NCBI GenBank assembly: GCA_048882485.1
Contig: JBHLRP010000011.1
Location: 8,015 to 72,014, forward strand
DNA from: Candidatus Thorarchaeota archaeon
GTDB lineage: Archaea; Asgardarchaeota; Thorarchaeia; Thorarchaeales; Thorarchaeaceae
Direction: 5' to 3'
Length of the DNA stretch: 64,000 nt
Of the stretch, positions 39,007-46,983 are shown piece after piece. The notes under the pieces were generated by a model. That model searched no databases and had not been told where the DNA came from. It saw only the letters and a list, made by a program, of their open reading frames with translations. Position 1 is the stretch's first letter. Every line of letters begins with the position of its first letter. The translations under genes and the position numbers were made by a program.

Positions 39007-39780
39007 GTGAAGGTTTCTGCGATGCAAGAACGTCTCCAATCTGAACTCTTCGCCTCAATAGCAACCCTTGACCAGCTGAAGAAGATGTTCGACATGGGCA
39101 TAGTCGACATCAGATCCTATCAGAGGGAGTCTGAAGCACTGGCCAGTGAGGTAAAGGCGAATATTGCAGACCTGAAGCGCATCGGTCTAGATTTCGGCAC
39201 CTTCATTCAGACTGAACGTGTTGCAGAACGATTCCCTGATGCTATTATGCTGCTTGACATTTCCCGACGTGAAAATAGATACCGTGGCGACGGCATGACA
39301 ATGGATGAATATTATGACCACATTGGCCTCGCGATTCTTGATGTGGCAACTGTACATGCATCCAAGGGACTCATGGGACTGGCTGAACTGATTGTTGAAG
39401 TTGTGAAGCGCATGCCTGAGCTAAAGGCAATAAGCTATAGTGATGTAATTGAGGCTGTCAACCGTGTAGCTGAGCACGGGCTAATCCCTGGAATTCGGAC
39501 TCTGCGCGGTGGCGTGAAAGTTGTCGAGCTCCGCCCGCTTGAGCTCCGGAGGGACCAAGCGGATGTGGTGAACCTCGCTGCATCAAAAGGCTATGTTTCC
39601 GTTGAAGAAGTAATGATGCTTATGAAATGGTCTGAGGATCATGCAAGGCAAGTCCTATCCAGTCTAGTAGACGCCGGTATGGCAGTGGCAGACATTCGAT
39701 TCTCAACCGGGGGCAGATACTACTTCCCAGGTCTACGTGCTAGGGACTCCAGCGATGGTGGACCTATCTCACGGCGATAG
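39007..39780 (+). CDS. ESCRT-II Vps22/36 (EAP30)-like protein with N-terminal Vps28-core-like segment
   Basis: aa 101-243 tandem winged helices (EYYDHIGLAILDV, PLELRRDQADVVNLAASKGYVSV, KWSEDHARQVL, YYFPGL); aa 8-85 SELFASIATLDQLKKMFDMGIVDIRSY; likely start 39022. Confidence 0.88.
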   Translation: MKVSAMQERLQSELFASIATLDQLKKMFDMGIVDIRSYQRESEALASEVKANIADLKRIGLDFGTFIQTERVAERFPDAIMLLDISRRENRYRGDGMTMDEYYDHIGLAILDVATVHASKGLMGLAELIVEVVKRMPELKAISYSDVIEAVNRVAEHGLIPGIRTLRGGVKVVELRPLELRRDQADVVNLAASKGYVSVEEVMMLMKWSEDHARQVLSSLVDAGMAVADIRFSTGGRYYFPGLRARDSSDGGPISRR

Positions 39781-39781
39781 G

Positions 39782-40504
39782 TTAAACGACAATCTTGATT
39801 GCCCCTTTCTTCTTATCCACCCAATCTGCAAGTCCTTTCTCTACCATTATTAGGAGTATCTGATGAAGGTCCTTCTCTGGCAGTCTAGCGAAGCTATACT
39901 CCTCTTCCTGAATGACTATTGATTTGACATCTAGTCTAACCTTTCCTGACTTCAAAGCCCATTCATAGATAATGTCCGCCCATTCCTCAAGGAATCTCCA
40001 GTAGACTCGCAATTGTCTTCGGTTTCTATCCAACCATTCTGCAATTTCTTTCTCAACAAGCACATTGCCAATTAACTTGAAAGAATCAATCTTATTCGTA
40101 ATATCGTTGAAGGGGGGCTCCTTGATGAAGGCGGTCACGGATAGGACATGAACATCATGAGCTTCCATCCATCTAAGAACGAAATCAGACCACTCTTCAG
40201 CCCACATGTTTCTGTCTTCTTCTCGAGGAGGTATACCATACATCCACTCCGTCTGTGTAAGATCTCCCCAGGGAGGCATGATGACAACTTCTTCCGTTTC
40301 GACTAAAACCTCCTCGGCTTCTACAGTTTCTTCGACAGCAGTGTCTGTTTCCACTTGCGTAATAACAACTTCTGGCTTGTGGATTTCCTCTGCTTCTTCA
40401 ATCTCTTCGACAGGAATTACTTCATCTACAGTGGGTTCTGCTGTTGAGGTTTCTGACGTAGTCTCTTCCTTCTCCTTCTCCCTACGTCTTTCTCTGACAC
40501 CCAC
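39782..40504 (-). CDS. vps25: ESCRT-II Vps25-like protein with acidic N-terminal extension
   Basis: WMYGIPP..WAEEWSDFVLRW, PPF, VYWRFLEEWADIIYEWA, GLADWV tandem winged helices; context beside Vps22 and Vps4. Confidence 0.85.
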   Translation of the reverse strand: MGVRERRREKEKEETTSETSTAEPTVDEVIPVEEIEEAEEIHKPEVVITQVETDTAVEETVEAEEVLVETEEVVIMPPWGDLTQTEWMYGIPPREEDRNMWAEEWSDFVLRWMEAHDVHVLSVTAFIKEPPFNDITNKIDSFKLIGNVLVEKEIAEWLDRNRRQLRVYWRFLEEWADIIYEWALKSGKVRLDVKSIVIQEEEYSFARLPEKDLHQILLIMVEKGLADWVDKKKGAIKIVV

Positions 40505-40507
40505 TCC

Positions 40508-41731
40508 CTAGGAACCCTCCGCCCAATCGATATACCTCTTAACATCCTCTGGAGAAGTTGCTGGCCTTATGTTCTCAATCGCCTGCAGGAAATCCTCTCT
40601 GGATACAGGTCGAATATTAATGATCTTTTCTTCATCATCCATTCTTCCAGTACGCTGTAGGTCCCTTATTGGCTCCATGGCTGCTTCTCTACAGACGACA
40701 CTTATATCGCGTCCACTATAGCCCTCACTGAGGTCCGCAAGCTCCTCATAGTTGACTTCGGGAGCGACTTCTATCTCTTCCATGTGGATCTCGAAGATTC
40801 GCTTTCTAGCTGGCTTATCTGGGAGGGGCACGTGAATCTTCTTCTCAAACCTTGACCGAAGAGCGAAATCCAATTCCCATGGTAGATTTGTTGCACCAAT
40901 AACTGTGACCCTATCTTCAAGATCACTGGCGAGTCCCTGCAGCTCTGTTAGAAGCTGAGTCTTGAGTCTTCTTTCTCCTCCAACATCATCACCTGACCTA
41001 GAAACTCCGACAGAATCCAGCTCGTCCATGAAGACTATGGCAGGCTGATTTCGTCTGGCCAACGTGAAGAGATTCATGACTAGTTTCTCAGACTCACCAA
41101 GCCACTTGCTCACAATGTTGCCTGCTGAAACGTTGAAGAAAGTGGCATTCACCTCGGATGCCACTGCTTTTGCGATCAATGTCTTTCCACATCCCGCAGG
41201 ACCGTAGAACAATATTCCTCTCCAAGGCTGACGAGACTTCCCTTTGAAGAGCTCTGGATGCTTCATTGGCGCAATAATCGCATCATGAATTGCCTGCTTG
41301 GCATTCTCCAAGCCTGCAACGTCGCTCATCTTGACCTTAGGTTTCTCAGTGATGATTGTGTCAGCTATCATCTCCTGCAGTCTTCGGGTATCTTCATCAA
41401 CCTCAGCTTCAGAAGCTGTTGCTTCCGTAGACTTTTCCGCTGTTGGCTCTGCTTCAGCAGGAGAAAACACTGGCGGCGTTGTCAAACCATCTGGAGGGCC
41501 TCTCGCCTTCTTCTTTATTCCAGAGATATAGCGGACTCTGTCAACACACTCTTGTGCCCTGTCAAGGTAATGTTTCTGGACTGAGGGCAGAGATGCTGCA
41601 TTTGACAGTTTGATCAGAATTTTGCTTGCTTTCAGATAGTACTGAGCAGCTTCCTTCTTCATTCCTCTCTGGTCAAGCTCTATGGCCTTGTCAAGTAGGT
41701 TTTTCAAGCCCTGGTCTAATCTATCAGACAT
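40508..41731 (-). CDS. vps4: Vps4 AAA+ ATPase (MIT plus AAA)
   Basis: MIT (KAIELDQRGMKKEAAQYY), DVAGLE, PWRGILFYGPAGCGKT, SKWLGESEK, FMDELD, RRLKTQLL, GATNLPWELD, GYSGRDI. Confidence 0.95.
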   Translation of the reverse strand: MSDRLDQGLKNLLDKAIELDQRGMKKEAAQYYLKASKILIKLSNAASLPSVQKHYLDRAQECVDRVRYISGIKKKARGPPDGLTTPPVFSPAEAEPTAEKSTEATASEAEVDEDTRRLQEMIADTIITEKPKVKMSDVAGLENAKQAIHDAIIAPMKHPELFKGKSRQPWRGILFYGPAGCGKTLIAKAVASEVNATFFNVSAGNIVSKWLGESEKLVMNLFTLARRNQPAIVFMDELDSVGVSRSGDDVGGERRLKTQLLTELQGLASDLEDRVTVIGATNLPWELDFALRSRFEKKIHVPLPDKPARKRIFEIHMEEIEVAPEVNYEELADLSEGYSGRDISVVCREAAMEPIRDLQRTGRMDDEEKIINIRPVSREDFLQAIENIRPATSPEDVKRYIDWAEGS

Positions 41732-41835
41732 CCCTGTTCAGGTCTAACTGGAACCCGTGATGATAATAAGTTCTGTGTGACTATCACTATATGCCGCTAA
41801 TACTGGGATTGATAGATACTGTACACCAGCTCTAC

Positions 41836-41847
41836 GAAGGTTTAAAC
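41836..41847 (+). promoter_or_regulatory. Candidate BRE/TATA box for the ESCRT-III gene
   Basis: GAAGGTTTAAAC about 45 nt upstream of the start codon, in the divergent vps4/ESCRT-III intergenic region. Confidence 0.35.
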
Positions 41848-41891
41848 GCTGAACATTCATCCTAGTGTTGTAGGGCGAAATCCCTAGCTAA

Positions 41892-42515
41892 GTGGTGAGA
41901 CTTTTGGATTCACTCAGAAAGGCATTCAGATGGGGTCGGAAAAAACCCGACATTGGAGAGGTTTCCAGCCAACTCAGAATTCTAACGAAACAACTTGCCC
42001 GTGAGAGAAACAAGTTGGAGAAGGAAGAACGTGATACAAGGGCGCGAGCTATCAAGGCTCGCCAAGCTGGACAAATGGATGCCTTCAAGACCTATGCAAC
42101 TGAGATGGTACGTTTCAGAAGATATGCGCTCTCTACAGACAAGGCACGGCTTCAGATTCTCAAAATCCTTACCCATCTCAATCGTGCACAGACATCGGCA
42201 AGAACAGGCCGCGCACTCGAGGAGGTGGCAAAGATCCTCGGAATGCTTGGCGATACAAGTGACACCCGCAGGCTTGTTGAGAATGTTGATGAGATTACTC
42301 GTCGACTAGACGAATTCGAGATTGAGAGCGCTATATCTGCAGAGGCGCTTGATGCAAGCATGGAAGTCAGTTCAGATGATTTAGCTGCAGCTATGCAGGA
42401 GATAGATGTGGAAGTCGGATTAGCTGATGCAGCATCCGTGGCAGCTAGGCCTGCGTCTGAATCGGAAACTCTTGAGAAAGACATTAAGGATTTGGAGCGT
42501 GAACTGGGCATCTAG
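41892..42515 (+). CDS. ESCRT-III subunit, Vps2/24/46 (CHMP1-3) class
   Basis: Basic helical hairpin QLARERNKLEKEE..KARQAGQMDAFKTYATEMVR, acidic C-half, terminal MIM1-like LEKDIKDLEREL; divergent from vps4. Confidence 0.9.
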   Translation: MVRLLDSLRKAFRWGRKKPDIGEVSSQLRILTKQLARERNKLEKEERDTRARAIKARQAGQMDAFKTYATEMVRFRRYALSTDKARLQILKILTHLNRAQTSARTGRALEEVAKILGMLGDTSDTRRLVENVDEITRRLDEFEIESAISAEALDASMEVSSDDLAAAMQEIDVEVGLADAASVAARPASESETLEKDIKDLERELGI

Positions 42516-44087
42516 TTACCATCTGTACCCATGACCATGCCTTGTTGCACGCTCGATTTCACGATTGGTCTGATATGAGTCGCGCATGAGACCCCGATAT
42601 CTTCTGATGAAGTCTTCAGGGACCAAGTGTCCGTTTCTCATTAGATGTAGAGTTTCGTTAATCGCATTTTGAATCTCTAGTGCGTTTCTCCTGAGATATT
42701 CCATATCAGATTCGGCAGTTGTATACGAAGGGTCTCGATAGTACCCTCGTCCATAGTCCGTGCGTCCAAGAGTGTCCTCAAGATGCTCCTTGAACGCTTT
42801 AGGATGGTCATAAGGATTCTCAATTCGCCCATATCTTGATGGAGCTGGTCGTGGCTGATAGAATTCAGTTCTCCTAGGATATCCTCGCTGTACTTCTGAG
42901 GCATTTCCAGTTGCGGAGAGCAATGAGTATACCAATCCCTCTATCTTGAGTCTGACATCGCTAATGTTGAGGTTCTTCTGCTCGATTTTTCGAACTCTCT
43001 GAAGATCACTCTGCATATACTTCTCAAACTTCCTCGCAATCTCAAAATAATCTGGCATGACCTTTTTTGTTTCCTCGCTGCAGGAGATCTTCAAATCGCC
43101 CTGTTTTAGTCGCAATACAATTCTCTTGCGAAGTCGACCATCTTCTTCGATATCTTTCAAATACATCAGTGGAAACTGGAATACAATCTCAGTCTTCTTG
43201 CGTAATCTTCCTGTCTCAGCTACTAGGAATAGCCTCTTGTTTGTGATGAAGAGTGTGCCGTAGGCTTTGTCATTTTTCAAGAAGTTGCTACCTACAACCT
43301 TGATGTCCGGCAGAGCAGCTACAGGCAATTCATTAACAGATAGCTCGCCATGTTCATAGAACTCTGCGAATTCCTGCCTATGATAGCTCAGACCATCAAG
43401 TTGCGCCATTACTTCCTGCAGTCTTGGTCTGACCTCATGAAGGCTATCATCGACATGTTGCTTGTAGTACGTGCCGAGCTCTGATACTCTATTTCTGACA
43501 CCTTCAATGAAGGGGAACTGAGCAGGAGTCCACTTGCTATAGTCAATGAGGCCTTTTGTTTCAGCAGCGATTTGCTTTGCTACTATCTCAGCTTGATTTC
43601 CAATTCGGCTCTTGATTGCAGGCATCTCATCCTGCACTGACTCGACTTTTTCCTCTATCCAATGATAATGTAGGAAGTTAGCCATCCTGAGAGATACAAG
43701 CGTTCTTTTGGCATTATCAAGCTTGGTCATGAACTCTCGCAATTTGGTATGGCCGTACTGAATGCTCATGATGGCTTGCCTAAGCTCTTGAGCCAGAGTT
43801 CGTCGTTTCTCTTCCAATAGGATTATGCGACTTGAGTGGCATCGAGGACAAATGTCAGCTGTGCGTCTACCTGTGTCAATGTTCTCAGATTCACACTCAG
43901 GACAGCTTTCTATCTCTTCGCCCTGTAACGTTGTCAATGTTGCGTGACACTCACGGCACATGTGATACTCTTTGGTTCTTGAGTCAAGGCACTCTGAGCA
44001 TAGCACAGTCCCACAATCTTCACACAAGTGACTGGCTCTGTTTCTTTGACAGACAGGACAGCGATGAGATGAGGAGTCTAGTGTCAA
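42516..44087 (-). CDS. B-box/Zn-finger, coiled-coil, PH/GRAM-like, Vps23-steadiness-box-like protein
   Basis: CPVC..H.CEDC..LCSEC plus three CxxC pairs (aa 10-83); helical aa 90-240; GTLFITNKRLFLV (aa 277-289); NAINETLHLMRNGHLVPEDFIRRYRGLMRDSYQ (aa 474-506). Confidence 0.7.
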   Translation of the reverse strand: MTLDSSSHRCPVCQRNRASHLCEDCGTVLCSECLDSRTKEYHMCRECHATLTTLQGEEIESCPECESENIDTGRRTADICPRCHSSRIILLEEKRRTLAQELRQAIMSIQYGHTKLREFMTKLDNAKRTLVSLRMANFLHYHWIEEKVESVQDEMPAIKSRIGNQAEIVAKQIAAETKGLIDYSKWTPAQFPFIEGVRNRVSELGTYYKQHVDDSLHEVRPRLQEVMAQLDGLSYHRQEFAEFYEHGELSVNELPVAALPDIKVVGSNFLKNDKAYGTLFITNKRLFLVAETGRLRKKTEIVFQFPLMYLKDIEEDGRLRKRIVLRLKQGDLKISCSEETKKVMPDYFEIARKFEKYMQSDLQRVRKIEQKNLNISDVRLKIEGLVYSLLSATGNASEVQRGYPRRTEFYQPRPAPSRYGRIENPYDHPKAFKEHLEDTLGRTDYGRGYYRDPSYTTAESDMEYLRRNALEIQNAINETLHLMRNGHLVPEDFIRRYRGLMRDSYQTNREIERATRHGHGYRW

Positions 44088-44240
44088 GTGTATACCTCCT
44101 GCAGACTATGAAGTAACACGAGGAATCTAAGAATAACCCGTGTATCACTCGGGTATTAGTTACATAGAGTTTTACCCGTTCAGTTTGACCAGTCCATATC
44201 AGTTATAATAGATTGAACATCTGCAAAAACCTGTCAGGAG

Positions 44241-45632
44241 ATGCTTATGGAAGACATAGCTCAGGCTGCAATTGAGGCGGCTATCAATACTGGAGCAACA
44301 TTTGCTGATGTGCGAATAGAGAACACAGTCACCACGATCATTGAAATGACTGATGGCGTTACAAAAAGGTCCATGGCCTCACGGCTGAAGGGAGCTGGGA
44401 TTCGAGCATTCATTGATGGCGCTTGGGCCTTTGCTCAGACAACTGACCTTACCACCAAGGGTATGCGTGAAACAGGTGAATCAGTGGCAAAGCTAGCGTT
44501 GGCCACTAGGGCCAAAGTCAATGAGAAGTTTGAGATGGATGGGCCTACCTTCAATGATAGGGTTAGAGTCAAGCTTAAGAAGCCCTTCAAGGACATTCCG
44601 GTTGAGGACAAGATTGAGTATATCAAGAGAATTGATGAGCAGCCTCGTGCCTTTGACAAAAGGATTGTCAACACACGCTCTATATATGGTGACCTCTGGA
44701 CTGAGCTATATGTCGCAAATTCCTTGGGGACAACCGTGAGCGAGGAAAATACTCTTCCTAGAGTAATCTCTGTTTCAACTGCCAAAGATGGTGCTAACAG
44801 GCAACGAGCGTTCAAGTCCTACGGGGTCAAGGGCGGTTTTGAAATGATGGAGCTAGAACGGCCGCAGACCATCGGTGAAGAATCTGCAAAGACGGCAATC
44901 GATCTACTCTCATCCGTAGCTGCAAAGGGAGGCACGTACGATGTCATCATGGACCCCGTCCTAAATGGCGTAATGGTCCATGAGGCATTTGGTCATGCCT
45001 GCGAAGCAGACAACTGGCCAGCTCACACAACAGTTCTCGAGGATAAGGTTGGAGAATGTGTGGGCCCTGATCACCTTAATCTGAGCGACGACCCTACTAT
45101 GCGCGGAGAGCGGGGGTCGTTTGAATATGACTGGGAGGGCACAAAGACGAAGAAGAGACCCCTTGTCAAGGATGGCGTTCTCACCGAGCTTCTGCATACT
45201 CTTGAAACCGCAGTCCGTCTCGACATGCAACCAAATGGGGCTGCAAGAGCACAGTCATTCATGTATCCCCCGTTGGCCAGGATGTCAAACACCATCATGG
45301 AGCCAGGTGACTGGGACATCAACGAGCTGATTTCAGACACAAAGGAAGGTGTCTTGCTCTGTAGCTTCAACTATGGATATACAGATCCCTCAAAAGGACA
45401 ATTCATGTTCCAAGCCAGTCATGGCTATCTAATTGAGAATGGAGATCTTGGCCAAATGGTCCGCGATGTTTCTCTTGCTGGGCAGATTCTTGATGTATTG
45501 GCCAAGATAGATGCAGTCGGCAATGACTTCCACATGGATGCAGGGACTTGCGGGAAGAACGGGCAGATGGTGCCTGACATGAGTGGAGGCCCTCATGCCA
45601 GAATTCGTAGTATTCCTGTAGGAGGGATGTAG
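44241..45632 (+). CDS. tldD: TldD metalloprotease
   Basis: HEAFGHACEAD, YDWEG, RMSNT, GTCGKNGQ.VP..GGPH. Confidence 0.93.
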   Translation: MLMEDIAQAAIEAAINTGATFADVRIENTVTTIIEMTDGVTKRSMASRLKGAGIRAFIDGAWAFAQTTDLTTKGMRETGESVAKLALATRAKVNEKFEMDGPTFNDRVRVKLKKPFKDIPVEDKIEYIKRIDEQPRAFDKRIVNTRSIYGDLWTELYVANSLGTTVSEENTLPRVISVSTAKDGANRQRAFKSYGVKGGFEMMELERPQTIGEESAKTAIDLLSSVAAKGGTYDVIMDPVLNGVMVHEAFGHACEADNWPAHTTVLEDKVGECVGPDHLNLSDDPTMRGERGSFEYDWEGTKTKKRPLVKDGVLTELLHTLETAVRLDMQPNGAARAQSFMYPPLARMSNTIMEPGDWDINELISDTKEGVLLCSFNYGYTDPSKGQFMFQASHGYLIENGDLGQMVRDVSLAGQILDVLAKIDAVGNDFHMDAGTCGKNGQMVPDMSGGPHARIRSIPVGGM

Positions 45633-45633
45633 A

Positions 45634-46983
45634 GTGAAGGAAACGCTTCTAGATATAGCAGAAAAGGCAGCTAAGAAGGCTGAATCATTTGGTGCCGACC
45701 AGGTGGAAGTTTACTCGTCGTCATCCCGCACCTTCTCCATTGATGTAGAGAACAATTCAATCAAGAGTGCCTCAGAGCAACGAGACACGGGCTGCGGAAT
45801 TCGATCAGTTGTTGGACAAAAGGTGGGGTTCGCTTATGCTACAACTGTTTTGGAACCTGACCTTCTGGAGGCTGCTGAGATGTCTGTTAGACTCGCCAAA
45901 GCCTCTGTTCCTGACCCGGACTTTGTGAGCCTTCCATCATTCGATGGCAGCTATCCTGACGTAAAAGGACTCTACGATCCCGAAATAGTCGCATTGGATT
46001 CCGAGCAAGTCGCTGAAATAATCATACGCGGAGTTGACGCCACTCGTTCCAGACTAGAGGGCATGAATGTTGCAGTTGAAGCTAAAATGAGTTCATCAAC
46101 TGGCACCAAGGTTATTGTCAATTCGCTTGGAATCAAGGGGTCCGGCGAAACGACATCAGTATGGATGTATACAGAGCCTATCATCAAAGAAGACGGTGAT
46201 CAAACGTCCAGCTATGAGGTCCAGCTTTCTCGTAGCCTCAAAGGGATCGACCCCGAGTGGATAGGCAAGACGTCTGCAGAGAATGCATTAAGCAATCTCG
46301 GCGCTAAGGTTATTGAGGGTGGTGAAATGCCCGTCGTTCTTGCTCCATTTGCCGTTGGTACCATCTTAGGGGGAGGGTTCGCTGGAGCTGTGAACGCTGA
46401 AGAAGTCCAATATGGCCGCTCATACATTGCAGATGCATTGGGCGAAGAGGTATCGACTCCACAGCTTCGAGTTATTGATGATGGCCTTATGAAATCCGGT
46501 GTGGCGTCTAGGTCATTTGATGCTGAAGGCCATCCATCTCAACGTACTGAGATTCTTGATGATGGCGTCCTAAAGAGCCTCTTGCACAACTCCTATACTG
46601 CCAACAAGGATGGCGTCGATAGCACTGGAAATGCCAGTCGAGCAGGATATGCAGGAGTGCCTTCGATATCCTCGTCAAACTTTGTAATTGCACCCGGAAA
46701 AGGTACACTGGATGACCTCATCGAAGACGTTGGCAAGGGAGTTCTATGCCGCTTCACTGGGGACCGGCCAAACATGACAACCGGTGACCTCAGTGCAATG
46801 ATTATGGAAGGATCATATTTCGAGAATGGAGAGATTCAGCATCCTGTCCAAAACACACTCATTGGGATAAACATGCGTGATTTGTTGAAACGTATTGAGA
46901 TGGTAGCTGCAGATACTAGAGTTGCGTTCTCGATTATAAGTCCCTCAATAGTCATAAGCTCTGCACAGGTCACCTCTGGTTGA
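45634..46983 (+). CDS. pmbA: TldE/PmbA partner subunit
   Basis: SRSFDAEG, LHNSYTA, STGNA, TGDLS; no HExxH; abuts tldD. Confidence 0.9.
   Translation: MKETLLDIAEKAAKKAESFGADQVEVYSSSSRTFSIDVENNSIKSASEQRDTGCGIRSVVGQKVGFAYATTVLEPDLLEAAEMSVRLAKASVPDPDFVSLPSFDGSYPDVKGLYDPEIVALDSEQVAEIIIRGVDATRSRLEGMNVAVEAKMSSSTGTKVIVNSLGIKGSGETTSVWMYTEPIIKEDGDQTSSYEVQLSRSLKGIDPEWIGKTSAENALSNLGAKVIEGGEMPVVLAPFAVGTILGGGFAGAVNAEEVQYGRSYIADALGEEVSTPQLRVIDDGLMKSGVASRSFDAEGHPSQRTEILDDGVLKSLLHNSYTANKDGVDSTGNASRAGYAGVPSISSSNFVIAPGKGTLDDLIEDVGKGVLCRFTGDRPNMTTGDLSAMIMEGSYFENGEIQHPVQNTLIGINMRDLLKRIEMVAADTRVAFSIISPSIVISSAQVTSG

Noticed and set aside
40508-41731. AAA ATPase as katanin/spastin or Cdc48
   Set aside because: Single AAA domain with MIT, Vps4-type motifs and ESCRT neighbours
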